NCBI RefSeq assembly: GCF_006345805.1
Contig: NC_043015.1
Coordinates: forward strand, 48,050,001-48,114,000
Direction of reading: 5' to 3'
DNA length: 64,000 nt
From: Octopus sinensis
Lineage: Eukaryota
Both the position numbers and the translations under genes were made by a program. Shown here piece after piece: positions 12,375 through 25,939 of the stretch; the first letter of the stretch is position 1; each line of letters opens with the position of its first letter. The notes below the pieces were generated by a model. The model made no database searches. It saw only the letters and a list, made by a program, of their open reading frames with translations, and was not told the DNA's origin.

Positions 12375-13199
12375 TATGTATATAAAAAGAAAAGTGGTGG
12401 ACAGAGAGAGAGAACAAGAGAAACATTACACCATATGGTGTCAATGAGTTAGCATTGAATCAGTGGAGTAAAAAACATCTCACACCCAAGTTGGATCAAC
12501 TGTAGTAACTAGCCTATAAACTTTTTAACCTAGAGTTTTAATGTTTTACTGCTTTGGTACACAGGAGCTCTGGAATAATTTTGTCTCCAGTTGTTTCTTA
12601 ATGTATTTTTCCTGTTAAATGTATCAGCATTTCTTTCTTTGCCTAGTCTCCAAGTAGCACAAAGAAAAAACTAGCTATGTAGGCTGCAGAAAAGACAAGT
12701 TGTCAAGGACCCTTCTATACAAGTGGCACCAATGCTATTTATATAGCAGAAAATTTACTTATATGGATGGGCAGGAAATCTATTTTTTCTCAGCATTTTT
12801 CACTTGAACTGAAAATTACATCATCATGGAGGCTTCCAATCTAACAGTCTAATAAATCTCCTTTTCTGGTAAGGACTAAATTTTGATTTTGAAAATATTT
12901 AAAAAAATTTTATAATACTTGATTATTATCATTTTAATATCCACTTTTCCATGCTCGCATGAGTCAGACAGAATTTGTTACGGCAAATTTTCTACAGCCG
13001 GATGCTCTTCTTGTCTCCGAGTAGAGTACCATTTCCTCACGACCAGACATGTTCCCACAGAATATAAGTAGAAATGAATAACACCACTAGCATGCCAAGG
13101 ACACTAGTCTTTGACAACTATAACATGTGATGTCAAAGCAAGAGACAATAAAACACACACATATATCATGGATTCTCCCGTCGTTAGACAACATACGAG

Positions 13200-13465
13200 G
13201 GTCCAGCAATTTCTTGCTGAACAACAACACAGATGATTTGTTTAGTGATCAAATGTTTGTGTATGCATAATTTCACCCACTCCATCAAAATGACATTACC
13301 TGTACAGGTGTACCATGTGCCACATGTCAGATGACAAAAAGATCGCAGAGCAACGTGAAATAAAGTGTTTTGCTCAAGAACACAACACAACGCCTGGTCT
13401 GAGAATCGAAACCATGATCTCGCAATCGTGAGTGCAACATCCTAACCGCTAAGCCATGCGCCTTC
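13200..13465 (-). mobile_element. SINE family D (tRNA head, GTGTTCTTGAGCAAAACAC domain). Related copies: 16385-16500, 38525-38640, 51800-52070.
   Basis: Minus strand ggcgcatggcttagcggttaggatgttgcactcacgattgcgagatcatggtttcgattc, with A- and B-boxes. Confidence 0.75.
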
Positions 13466-13825
13466 ATATATATATATATGCATTTCATCTGCCGTTACGT
13501 TCTGAGTTCAAATTCTGCCGGGGTTGACTTTGCCTTTCATCCTTTCGGGGTCAATAAATAAAGTACAAGTTTTGCACTGGGGGTCAATGTAATCGACTTA
13601 ATCCGTTTGTCTGTCCTTGTTTGTCCCCTCTATGTTTAGCCCCTTGTGGGCAGTAAAGAAATATATATATATATGCATGATGGGCTTTCAGTTTCCAGGC
13701 CTGGGGCTATAGTAAAGGACACTTGCCCAAAGTGTCATGCCGTGGGATCTTACCACACTGTCATACATGTGCCTAGCATGTCTAACATTTATCCACGCAC
13801 TCAGATTAACAAAATCTCAAGAGTT

Positions 13826-14130
13826 GTTGTTTGTTCCTTTTCGAGCCATGCCTGGCTCACAAGGGCCGGTTTCCCGGTTTCCTTGGCATATAGGTTCCCC
13901 ACCTGGACAGGACGCCGGTCCGTCGCAGGTGAGCTGCAAGATCCAGGAGGAAAGAGTGAGAGAAAGTTGTGGCGAAAGAGTCAGCAGAAGTTTGCCATTA
14001 CGTTCTGCCAGAGCTGTATGGAGCTTAGGTGTTTCACTCATAAATACACACATCACCTGGTCTGAGATTTGAACCCGCGATCCCTTGACCACGAGTCCGC
14101 TGCTCTAACCACTAGGCCATGTGCCTCCAC
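13826..14130 (-). mobile_element. V-SINE-like family (tRNA head, GCGAYGGACTGGCRTCC domain). Other copies: 37590-37845, 57400-57680, 61128-61421.
   Basis: Head gtggaggcacatggcctagtggttagagcagcggactc...ggttcaaatctcagac. TSD caagagtt (13818, 14131). The 61128 copy has a 12-bp TSD aaacatccacca (61116, 61422). Confidence 0.8.
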
Positions 14131-15889
14131 CAAGAGTTCATTGCTGAAGTCCCGTCTCCATTCAGCATCATAATTCTCACTCACCCATATGTTAGTCTGT
14201 GTCGTTAGTCCCCAAAAGGAAATTGAAACAACATCCTTATTAGTCATCAATGTTTAACATCCACTTTTCCTTGGTTGCATAGGTTCGATGGAATTTGTTG
14301 ACGCAAGATTTTTTTTTTTTTTTTTTACAGCCACATGCCCTCCCTTCCCGTTGCCAACCCTCACCTGTTTCCAAAAGCATGCTATATTTCCCTATGATCA
14401 GATATGTTATTCAAGGAAGACTGGAAATCAACACCACTTGTATGGTGGTGATACTCATTTACAATCATCACGATTATCAAGACAAGGGTACATACAAACA
14501 TACACACAAATGATGTGTGTGTGTGTGTATATATATGTATATGTTTGAGTATATATATATGTGTGTGTGTGTGTGTGTGCATATATATACGTATGTATAC
14601 ACACACAACATATAGACACAGAGGGCTTCTTTCAGTTTGGACCAACCAAATCCACCTATAAGGTTTTGGTCAGCTCAGGACTATAGAAGAAGACACTTAC
14701 TCAAAGTAGTGCACAGTGGGACTGAACCTGAAACCACATGGTTGGGAAGCAAGCTTTTTAACCACTCTGCCACACTTGTGCCTATAAACCAGAAATCTCC
14801 CTCAAATGACACCCTGGCATTATAACATTTTCCCACAGTTAAGCTGTTAAAACAACTTTACAATTTCAAATTAATCATCGCATTACTCATTTAGAAGGTT
14901 CATACACTATTATCAACATCATTTGGACAATCCTGGTCACATAGTCCACTAATTACTAATTCTCTTTTTATGATTGTGATTTATGGCTGTAATATTCAAT
15001 TAATTGAATAGTTTGATTGAATATCATCATCAACTGAAATTTGATGAGCTCCTTCATCTTTGCCAAATATAGTTTAATTTCACTGAAATTATGCATGGTT
15101 TTCCATCATCTAAAGTTATGCATTATTAATTGGCTTTTGTAGTGGTGATGTCAACATAAGTAGCTAAATTGCAAAGCAATAGCTGAAGCTAATGAAATAG
15201 AATTATTTATTGTTATTAATATTTCTCTATTAATACTCAGCATAATCACTAATGATGTTATTTTAGATGTGTTATGCTCCCCCCACCCTCATAATAGCCT
15301 AGTTTTTTGTCGTCCTTTTATGCTTATCGAACAGAACGGTCTCCAAATATTGATGTAGCCTCAGGCCATAAAATAATACTATTAATCACATAATTACTAA
15401 ATGAAGCGAAATGATATTGATACTATCTTATTTATACAAAATGAAGACGACTTGCCACAAAGATATGTCGGCCAAGTCTTCTTACAGAGACTGAAAAGAT
15501 TCCCGATGAATGAAAACAGTCTCAAACCTCTTATCTGTCTGACACCAATCCGGACAATGACATTTTGACCCAGAGTTTCTCTTGGTGTGTTTATGTATAG
15601 AGGGTGCTTAGGAGGGTGAACAGAGAAACAGCTGTGTTTAATAAAATTAAGATGCTTTTAACCTTTTTTTTCTGAACATCATGGAGAAGAATGAAGAATG
15701 ATACGGAAGCAAAGTGTATCTTCTTGTTAATAGGAGTGGTGAAGCAATAAAGTTTACTAACATTTAAGATGCATGGAGAGACTGGCCTTTGTTGCCAGTT
15801 TTGCGAAGTACTGCTTTGACCAATCATTGGCTGACGATACAACACTGGCTGGACTTAATGCTGATTGGTCAACCTAGTATGTGTTAGAG

Positions 15890-16163
15890 CAATGGTTCCT
15901 AAAGTGGGTAGTATTGCCCCCTAGGGGTAGTGAAAAGTTCTAAGGGGGGGGGGGATAATGGGGTAGCGATTCATGTAAAAAGTGGGGCAATAATGGGATA
16001 GTGATTCATGTAAAAACAACAAAATAATGGATTCATTAGGTTAAGTTTTATTTGTTAAATACAGTTGCTTCAGAAAGAGGTCTATGTTAGTTGGGGTGGG
16101 GGGGGCGCTAGGAATGTGGCGTGGGTGTCAAGGGGGCTGCAGCCTGAAAAAGTTAGAACATCG
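15890..16163. mobile_element. hAT-type MITE; a copy in the opposite orientation lies at 49358-49621
   Basis: CARTGGTTCC(C/T)AAA-like ends. The internal ggggcgctaggaatgtggc and ggctgcagcctgaaaa motifs recur inverted at 49370-49420. Confidence 0.75.
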
Positions 16164-16628
16164 ATCACATCAGTCCAGAAACATATTTGTGTCATGGACT
16201 TTGCCCTTTCTTTTCTCACTATATCTCATAACAGAAAAAAAAAACAAATTAACAGCAATATGTTAGAAGTATTAAGTCCTACATTTGTCTCACGCCACAC
16301 TAACCTACAACTTGCTAATAACCCACATTTACCTTTGCTTTAGCCACCTTCTAGGTTGCAATTTATACACACCCAAACACGTGTGTGCATGTGAAGCCAC
16401 ATAGCCTACTGGTTAGGGTGTTGTACACACGATCGCAAGAACATGGTTTCCATTCATAAACCATTCGTGTGCTGTATTCTTGGGCTAAGCATTTCATTTT
16501 AGGTTGCTCCAGTCTGCTGGTGTTCCATTCCAAGGGGACTGTTGGATTGTCTACCTAACCTGTGGGGTGATATCATTCAAAAGCTAAAACAATGCAAAGC
16601 AGTATATCGTGACCCCGCAGTGTATACC

Positions 16629-16863
16629 TATTTCTTTACTACCCACAAGGGGCTAAACACTGAGAGAGGACAAACAAGGACAGACAAATGGATTAAGTCG
16701 ATTACATCGACCCCAGTGCGTAACTGGTACTTATTTAATCGACCCCGAAAGGATGAAAGGCAAAGTCAACCGTGGCAGAATTTGAACTCAGAACATAGCG
16801 GCAGACGAAATACTGCTAAGCATTTCGCCCGGCGTGCTAACGTTTGTGCCAGCTAGCTGCCTT
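16629..16863 (-). mobile_element. SINE-A full copy
   Basis: 15-bp TSD cccgcagtgtatacc at 16614-16628 and 16864-16878. Confidence 0.92.
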
Positions 16864-18059
16864 CCCGCAGTGTATACCAACATCCAAACATCCAGTAGTC
16901 TAGCCAGTACAGTGAGATATATGTATTACACATAAACACAGTGTGTGTGTATTTATACACTCATTTACAATGATTAATGCATTTGATATTTTATCGCACC
17001 ACCAGCTCTCTGAAGCTCACAATTCTATTTCTTAGATTTCTATACACTGTAATCCTTACTCAGTCCAGACAATAGAAGCCCATGACTGTCATTATTACTT
17101 GTTCAAGGCAACACACTTTTCATGTATCATACTATGCTCAGCAAAACAAATTTTCTTTGTCAATACAAGAGATTTTGATTTTTCTCAGACACAACTACTC
17201 CTTACTCTTTTACTTGTTTCAGTCATTTGACTTGGCCATGCTGGAGCACCGTCTTTAGTCGAGCAAATCGACCCCAGGACTTATTCTTTGTAAGCCCAGT
17301 ACTTATTCTATCGGTCTTTTTGCCGAACCGCTAAGTTACGGGGATGTAAACACACCAGCATCAGTTGTCAAGCGATGTTGGGGGAGGGGGGGGACAAACA
17401 CAGACACACACACACATATATATACATATATACGACGGGCTTTTTTCAGTTTCCGTCTACCAAATCCACTCACAAGGCTTTGGTCGGCCCGAGGCTACAG
17501 TAGAAGACACTTGCCCAAGGTGGCACGTAGTGGAACTGAACCCGGAACGATGCGGTTCGTAAGCAAGCTACTTACTACACAGCAACTCCTACGCCTATGT
17601 TCATATTTCACAAAATAAACCAGAAGTAAAGTTTCTATCGCTTACTATTCTATTTCTATTACTCAGAATTACTCCTCCACATACAATACTGCTGACTGGC
17701 CCCCACCCCCAAACCCTGGGTACTTCGACTCAGGTAATTAACCTTTTCACTGTAATGATGTTAGATATTTACCAAAAAATAGAATTGGCATTTTCTGCAA
17801 GTCGTGTTGCCTTAATAGACTTGACACATCTCAAAAAACAGTTTCAAATGTGACATTCCTCAACAATTGGTTTCTACAGTTAAAGGCAATAAAATTTTGA
17901 ATAAAAATATCTCATTTCTGCAGTAAACTGATTGTCCTGAATAGGAAATGTTTCACCTATGACCAATCAAAACAGCTAACTAGATGACCAATGACAATAA
18001 CATACCTCTGGCTATTTCTCTCTATACAACAACATAAAAAATTCCAAATAGTTTGCTAA

Positions 18060-19975
18060 CAGCTCCGATACAGCTATGCAAACCAAAAATGCTGCCTATA
18101 GTCCCACACTACACACATTTGATAAATCTGAGCTCAAATCTACCCCTTTCTGCCTTTCTAGGTCCAACACTTTGCATACTTTCACAAGGCCTCCTCCAGT
18201 CCCACACTCTGAAACTATCCCTCTCATTCCTCACAAACACTGCAACCCAGAGTAAGCTTCTATACTCACTAAACTCTTCAATTTCTCCTTCATTACAGGA
18301 ATCTACCCTGATCTTTGGAGACACATTACAGTGTGCACCATTCTCTAGAAAGACACCCCCCTCTTTAACTACTGCCCTTTTACACTCACTCACAGGAGAC
18401 AGCCATTAACAACATAGGCCTCTGACACATACACACACTCACTCTCTCTTTTCTTAACCCTTTTTACTGCATTCAAAACATCATTGACATTAACTGTGGA
18501 AAGCTGTTTTATATACCAATCAATATTCTGTCGAGGAATGTCATGTTGGAAACTATTTTTTGTTGAGATATGTTAAGTTTGTTTTTATATCTGGTTTGCG
18601 TGTGTTAACAATAATATTGCCATAATGACTTACCCAGGACACCGCAATTGTTTTTTTTTTTGGTAACTATTTAACATTATTAGAATAACCATGAAATTTA
18701 ATACCATGGTTAAAGGGTTAACAATTGTCAATACAGTTTCCATAAAGTCAAATCCACAGGTGACCTACTCTCCTCCACCACTCTCCAGCAGACTCTCACC
18801 TTAAGAGAAATTTGGTGAAAGCAACGTCATCAGCTTTGATATCAGGCGAACTTCGCTAGGTCTGACATGCAAATCTATCAAAACTGCTATTTCAAGAGGC
18901 TGTGCCCATCTCTCATCTTGTGGGATAGTAGCTTCCAATTATACTCTACTATCATGGTGTGTGTTGATGGAGCTCTTTCTGCTCCTCATCCTATCAAATT
19001 CTAACATGTCTCAGGGTTTGGTTTTGTCCCTCACCCTCTTCCTGCTATACATCAATGAACAACTTGCAGTCACATCCAACAACACCCACTCCAATGCATG
19101 TCTTACAAACAACTTGCACATGCAAGTGCTACCAGTCAAAAGTTCTGTATATCGGAAGCCAGCAAGTGTATGGGGTCATCAGGAGAGAATGCGCGCCGTT
19201 TCGGGGCCTACCTCTCGACGGCATCAATGCGCACTGGCCCCCCTCACTGATATGAGGCCTCGCTTGCTAGATCAGCTGGTTATGAAGTTAAACTCAATAT
19301 CCTTCTAGCCATCGCTCATTGTCTCTTTTTAACCAAATCCAGTGGCTAGCCTTCTCCACTGTAGATTGGATATCAGTCATGGTGGTATTGACTTTACGAT
19401 GAGTTAGGCCTAGCGATAACAACAGTCGTCTCACGCTGTGTCCAACGAACCCTCTACATCTGACTTCGATTGGAAAATGTTCCACTTTCCAGCCTGCATC
19501 TTCACATCCAACAACACCCACTCTAATGCAGATGACAATACTTTTTAATTTTCCCAAGTCATCCTCATACAACGTAGACACCACAACAATTCCATAAACA
19601 AAGACCTTAAAAGCATCTTCCAATGGGAACACACCAAATGTTATCTCAACAGCAAGAAAACACAAACACTACTTGTATCAAGCAACCATCATTACACCCA
19701 ACTAGAGCCTTGCAAATAGTTCCAGGTTTGCTAATAATGGACTTCACTATTACGAAGGATCTCTCCTGGCAAAAGCACGTCATCCTTAACATAGCAAGGA
19801 TTGCATCCAACTAACTGGCCCTTCTTTTCAGAACTACAAGACAATTCAGCCCCCAATGATTATTGACACTTTACAAAGCTGAGATGAGAATCACAACAGA
19901 ATATTGTTCCCATATCTGGGATGGTACTGTTGCTCACACACATGCTGGACCACATCCAGAAAAGAGTCACTCGAC
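18060..19975 (+). mobile_element. Decayed APE-type LINE (Jockey/CR1 group) RT region, interrupted by later insertions
   Basis: Translations ASILTKLFNFSFITGIYPDLWRH, SQGLVLSLTLFLLYINEQL and TSNNTHSNADDNT correspond to the RT motifs P..W, PQGSVLSPxLF and YADD. Confidence 0.75.
19099..19501 (-). mobile_element. 5'-truncated HERO-clade (R2-like, restriction-like endonuclease) non-LTR retrotransposon: ORF end and 3' UTR
   Basis: AGWKVEHFPIEVRCRGFVGHSVRRLLLSLGL...VEKASHWIWLKRD...* (TGA at 19294-19296) matches the HERO RLE C-terminus PxEVGCRGF...AEKASxWLWxxR. Flanked by a 29-bp duplication with 1 mismatch (19070-19098, 19502-19530). Confidence 0.88.
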
Positions 19976-21211
19976 TCATCATCATCGTTTAACGTCCGTT
20001 TTCCATGCTAGCATGGGTTGGACTGTTTGACCGGGTTCTGGGAAGCCAGGAGGCTGCACCGATGGGTATAAATCATTCACAGATACCCTGGCCCATATAC
20101 TGCTATGATGTTCCCTACTCCTGAGAGTTGGCTGAGCTCTTGTCACCTCCACTAAGGCATACTGAATCCCACCACTCATCACTCATTAAGTCCAACCCTC
20201 TCCACAGGCCCAGTCTTTCTTTTGCCCTCCCCACCTGCACCATTTTCCTGTATACGTTGACATGCAGAAGTTCCAGAGTAGTCGTGGGAAAACTTTAGCT
20301 CCGCAGGACTTTCTGAATTGGCATTGAATTTTTTTAATAGCGCAGTCTGCTTGACAAGGATTCATGTCTCATGTGGACCACTTCTTGGAAAAGGTTGCCT
20401 ATGCCTGTCCTGGAGAAACCTTAATGGCAACAAATTCGCTGGTATCAGAGGGTTTGTGAAGGCCATGAGTACAGCCCATCCCTCCCAATACAGTAATGGA
20501 GGGGGGTCTACCATTACCAATTGAGAAATATCTCCCTACAAGATATACTGGTTGAGTTAATCTGAGATGCAATAAAAAAGATGTGAATGAATAAACAAGG
20601 ATAACAGTGGGATTATGGATAAACATTAAAAAAAAGAGTGTTCACTTAGATCTCATTCCAATAAGCTTTCATTGTATTGTATTTAATGATATATTCAAAT
20701 GATATTGTTGGAAATCCTGCATGCCTTAAGTGAATTTGGTTGACTATATATATATATTGTTTCAGTCATTTGACTCCGGTCATGTTGGAGCACTGCCTTC
20801 AGTTGAACAGGACTTATTCTTTGTGAGCTTAGTACTTATTCTATCATTCTCTTTTGCTGAACCACTAAGTTACGGGGACGTAAACACACCAGCATTGGTT
20901 GCCAAGCAATGGAGCGGGGAACAAAAACACACATACATATGACAGGTTTCTTTCAGTTTCCGTTTATCAAATCCACTCACAAGGTTTTGGTCGGCCTGAG
21001 GCTATATAAGACATTGCCCAAGGTGCCACACAGTGGGACTGAACCCAGAACCATGTAGTTGGTAAACAAGCTACATACTACATAGCCACTCCTTCGCCTA
21101 GCAAGCTACTTACTACACAGCCATATATATATATATATATATATATACTTCGTTTTTGTACCTGCTTTCCAAGATTCTTTATGTGGATTCATATGTTGAA
21201 ACAAGTTTTGT

Positions 21212-21434
21212 TGTGCCTGGGAGTCATACTAACTTAATATCTAAAACACTCATTTAATATTTACATTTTTTCTTTTCTTTTCCAAAATTTTCGTTGCTTA
21301 TACAACTTTGGAAAGAGTCAACATCCGTTGAAAAGGCTGCAAAAGCAACGAAAATTTGGGAAAAGAAAAAATATGAGTGGAAATTGAACTGGTGAGTGTT
21401 TTAGATATCAAAGCAGTATGACTCTCCCCAGACA
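21212..21434. mobile_element. Palindromic MITE, superfamily uncertain
   Basis: tgtgcctgggagtcatact...atctaaaacactca mirrored by tgagtgttttagatat...agtatgactctccccagaca. Confidence 0.7.
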
Positions 21435-21931
21435 AAATATATATACACACACGCACACACACAAACAGACAGACGTGTATGCCTTTGTGTGCGTCGCCCG
21501 CTGTTGGCTTGTTTACGTCCCCGTAATTTAACAGTTCAGCAAAATGGATCGATGGAATAAGTACCAGGCTTAGGAAATGAACTGATGTCGATCTGCTCAA
21601 CCAAACCCTTCATGACAATGCCCCAGCATAACTGAAACCAGTTAGAGAATTATATACGTGTGTGTGTGTGTGGAAGATATCAAAATTATATGATGATGTC
21701 GAAGCTAAGTAATAGCAATGACAAGGCCAAGCAGCTACAAAACTAGTAACAGAGTTGTCAAACCAAGGACTGGAAGCATCATTAGAACATCAGACACAGT
21801 AATACCTTGCAGTATTTAGTTAAGGTTCCTTACTTTCCAAATTTAAACCAAGTTGTTAGCCATTCAGTCATCTGGAGGGAAGCGGGGTCTACAAAACGAT
21901 GTAGCAGTCAAGGAAAGGGATTGATTTAGTC

Positions 21932-22693
21932 CAGCGGTTCTTAACCTGGATACTTGTGACCTCTGGGGATCCATTGAAGCTAAATAGTAAATTGGGGGTC
22001 TACATAGTATTCTATTACGGGAAACAAGTAAGTTTCTTTCTCTAACGCTTTACACAGTTCGACATGTTTCCGACCATCGAAACATGTTCTCCCTGAGAAT
22101 TCTATTGTAAACTTACACAAGAGAATGGGTGAAAAACAAAATAGGAATTTTGAAAGAAGTATCAATAAATTTGTTTTTAAACATTACAAGGCTATGGGGC
22201 GAGGGATCCACCAGAGTAGAATAGCACTCAAAGGGATCCATAGATGAAAAAAAATTAGGATCTTTTCGGTTTGAACGGCAGTTTTTAACATAGTTTCTAG
22301 GTAACTAAAGAATTTTAAACTTCGTATACTGGTGGAATGTGTTTATAAAACATCTTTTTCTCTTGGCTTTATTGAGAAAATTCTATGGTTTGTAAGATAT
22401 TTGTTGCTTTTTTCTTCAATTTCTGCAATTTCAACCAATCACTGACGTCCATCGAGGTAAAAAAAACAAAACATTCTGTGCCGTATGAATATGTCCCTCG
22501 TTTAAGAAACAGATTGGGTTTATTTACATTTGTGAAGAAAAAAGATACCCTTCCCCCACCCCTAACCCTAAAACAGATTGAAATGCAATAGATCGATACT
22601 AGGGTCATAATTATGGGTGACAATTTCATATGACACCGCTAGAAAAAACTGCCGTTCAAACCGAAAAGATCCAAAAATTGTTGAGAACTACTG
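21932..22693. mobile_element. hAT-type MITE with the nested Merlin-like MITE (22258-22672) near its right end
   Basis: cagcggttcttaa ... ttgagaactactg TIRs; the nested element is flanked by an 8-bp TSD. Confidence 0.75.
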
Positions 22694-25572
22694 ACCTCAT
22701 CGATTGTTCCCCCCCTACAAAAAACTCTTTTGGTCTTGAGCCTATGTAAAATAATATCTATTTTACGATACGATTAAATATTTCAAACAGGCATCTAAAT
22801 ATGCTTCGAGATTTATAATCATCCTAATTCTTACCCATTTTCTATGCTGGTATGAGTTGTACGGTCCCATTAAGTTCACATCGTGTTGCGCTCATAGCAA
22901 CAGAGAAAACTGGTTAACTTTGTTGTCATGCGTGTCACACGGTGTAGTGTGGACTGGGTGCAGTTTATAGAATACGTACAATAAAAGTTGAGACTAGAGT
23001 TACCCTGTCTTGTATCAATTCTTATTTGGAGTAGCTGCTGTCCTGAATAACCCAGCAATGCAAGCAGGGGAATGAAAGTTTGTCTCGTTTGTATAACCCA
23101 TTTTTGGTTTGAGAATAAGAATATGGACATAAATATGAGGTCCTGGAACAGGTTTAAGAAAAACGTTACAACTAGAATTATTGAACGATGTTTTACTTAA
23201 ACTTATTTTTCCCCTTATGACAAAAAAAAATATCTTTCCCAGTGATTAAATCTTGCTTTATTCAAATAGATGCTTAAATATTAGAAAATACTTTACGCTG
23301 AATGAAGGTGGATCCCACCAATTTCAACGAAAGTTGAAATAGTAACGAAGAAGCTATGAAAGATATTGTGAAATACTGACTAATGCAACGAGATTGGTGA
23401 AGACATACCGAGTAGAGAAAATGTGCGATGGTGCTAGTAAAAGGGGGAAAAAACATGCTATTTTGTAGGAGAAAGCAGTTAGTGTCAAAAGGAATTAGGT
23501 CATAAGCTTAGAGGCGAATCTCGGCAGTTCTATGACTTTGACAGCCAATACCGAGTGAGAAACTAAAGCATCAGTAGTTACCATTTATTGAAACAAGGAA
23601 TAAATTAGACACCACTTAATAACGAGACTGAAAAATACATTAGGTCAAGTGGTGTAGGTGCGTGTGAATGTGTAAAATTCATAACAAAATTAGAAATAAT
23701 ATAAACACAGATATTTATAAAAGTTACACCTTTCTGCTAATGTTTTTGGTGCTGAAAAGTTACTTGTTGATAAAAAAGCAGAGAAAATTCCTTCTTTGTG
23801 GAGCAGCCATTATATAAGAGAAACTAGTTACTGACACTTTAATACTTTAAAAAAACAATTTATACACAAAACAAGGGCGGTTAAAACAATAAAAATATTA
23901 GCTAAACTTTTATTAGAGACACGAACAAAATGGTAAAAATAAATTATTATCAAAAAATGGGAAACTAATAACGCAAAACCATTAAAGAGTCAAAACTTTT
24001 TTGTCGGATCCCCAGACACAGAATGGTATTAGTATGTATGTATCGTTATGTTTGAGGTTATTTATCATTAAAATAAAATTGCTATTAATATGAAAATGGT
24101 CAATAGTTTTTTTCTCTCAAACTTCAATAGATGACCTAAACACTTTTATAAGGGAAACAAGACCTTGATAATAATAATAGTGATTCCGTTGTACCATATT
24201 CGTTTTATTCAGGTTTATCGGGAAAATGTTTTTTGCGAATAATTAAACTCTTCAGTTTGGTTTGAAAGAAGAAGGAAAATATAAGTGCTTACAGTTAATC
24301 TAATTTTTTTCTTCAAATCTACGTAAGTGTGAAATCGTGGAAAATACAACAAAAAAAGAAAAAAAAAACTATTTTTGAAGTAAAAAATTGTTTAAAGTTA
24401 AAAAAAAAAAACTGTTCTATATTTGTACGTGTATGGTGAAGTAACATGTTACATATGGAAATATCAGAACAGTCAATTCACGAAAAACATCCCATTTGTT
24501 ATTATTATTATTATTATTACTACTACTACTACTACTATTCTATAAGTCCATTATGACATTAAAACTTGAGATGTTAATTTGATATCCAAAGTTGCACTGA
24601 CATACGAAGAAGAATTCTATGATTAATAGGCGAGACACTTTTTTTTACTTAAGTTTAGAAATACTACAACAATAAATGCAAACATACGTGAAGATGTCGA
24701 GAACCAACTTCAAGTTTAATAAGGAGAGAGAGAGAGAAAACATTTAGACGTCATTCCATATAGAAGTACAAATAGTAACTTACTTGGTTAGTATCGAAAA
24801 AAAAAAAAATAAGCTAAAGAGGCTTCGTTAGTAAATCATTCGTATTAAAAACCAACTAAATATATTAGGGTTATTAGTAAAAAATATATGATTATCGTTT
24901 GACGCACCTAGCCTTATAAGTACATTTAAGAAGTTTTATTAAATAGTTTTCTATGTAGGTGTGAGATAGTGAGGAGGTCATCATTCTACTTCCTCGACTT
25001 TTAAGAGGACTTGAACTTTGGGGCCTCTGCTCAAAGATTTGTTCAGATAAAATATCAGCTATTTTGTTTTCCAGAAAACTTAACGGCATTTTCTAAACAG
25101 TTCAACTTCGTAAAATTAAATCATTTGAATGCGCTGCCTTAAATCCTTAGCTGGAAAGAACATTTTATGTGGATTTTTAAAGGGCAAAATTATTAATATC
25201 AAAGTCGAAATCGCAGCTTATATTTCCACTAGGACCCAAAACAGTATAAACTACTCCCATTTAATGGACAATCACCATCGAAATATATACAACTATTAGA
25301 CCAACAATCCCTTTCCTTCTGAGACCAAGAAAAAATAAAATATAAACAATCAACAGATCCTAGTTTTAATTGAAATTAAGAAAATATGAATTTTGCCAAT
25401 AGTCTATTTAACCGAAATGTTTTGCTTCGGGAAGGGTTTTTTTTGGTTATTTTATTTTTTTTAGAATCTAAATTAGCAAATAGTAATTTAGCTGAATTAA
25501 TTGCTAATTACTCAAGAACCTTTAAATATTTGCGGACTCAGAGCAATGAAAACTTGTAGAAGAATGCGTGTA

Positions 25573-25610
<38 letters not shown>

Positions 25611-25939
25611 TAGATGCGCATGTCTTGTCTATTTGAGTATGTGTTTACAAATGGAATGTATATATAACTGGCCTTTAAAAAATAAATTTTTAAAAACCAC
25701 CAAATGTTTCAATTTTGTAAGTTTCCTACAATTTTAAAAATCCAGTATTTTTCAAAAAGGAAAAAAATATATATAATTAAAATAGTCACACGATTAATCA
25801 TTCACATTATTATCATGATTATTATTATTATTATTATTACTATTACTTTAGAAATACTTTTTTTCAGTTATTATTTATTGCTTGACGAAATTAATTTCAA
25901 ATATTGTGAATAAAATTTTACTTAAAAACACATTTTTGC

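Noticed and set aside
15420-15875. Exon-like minus-strand frames (VDQSALSP...SMHLK; CFSVHPPKHP...GNLFSL), considered as MMS22L or a hAT transposase
   Set aside because: Phases do not join, stops intervene and no motif matches convincingly; it needs a database search
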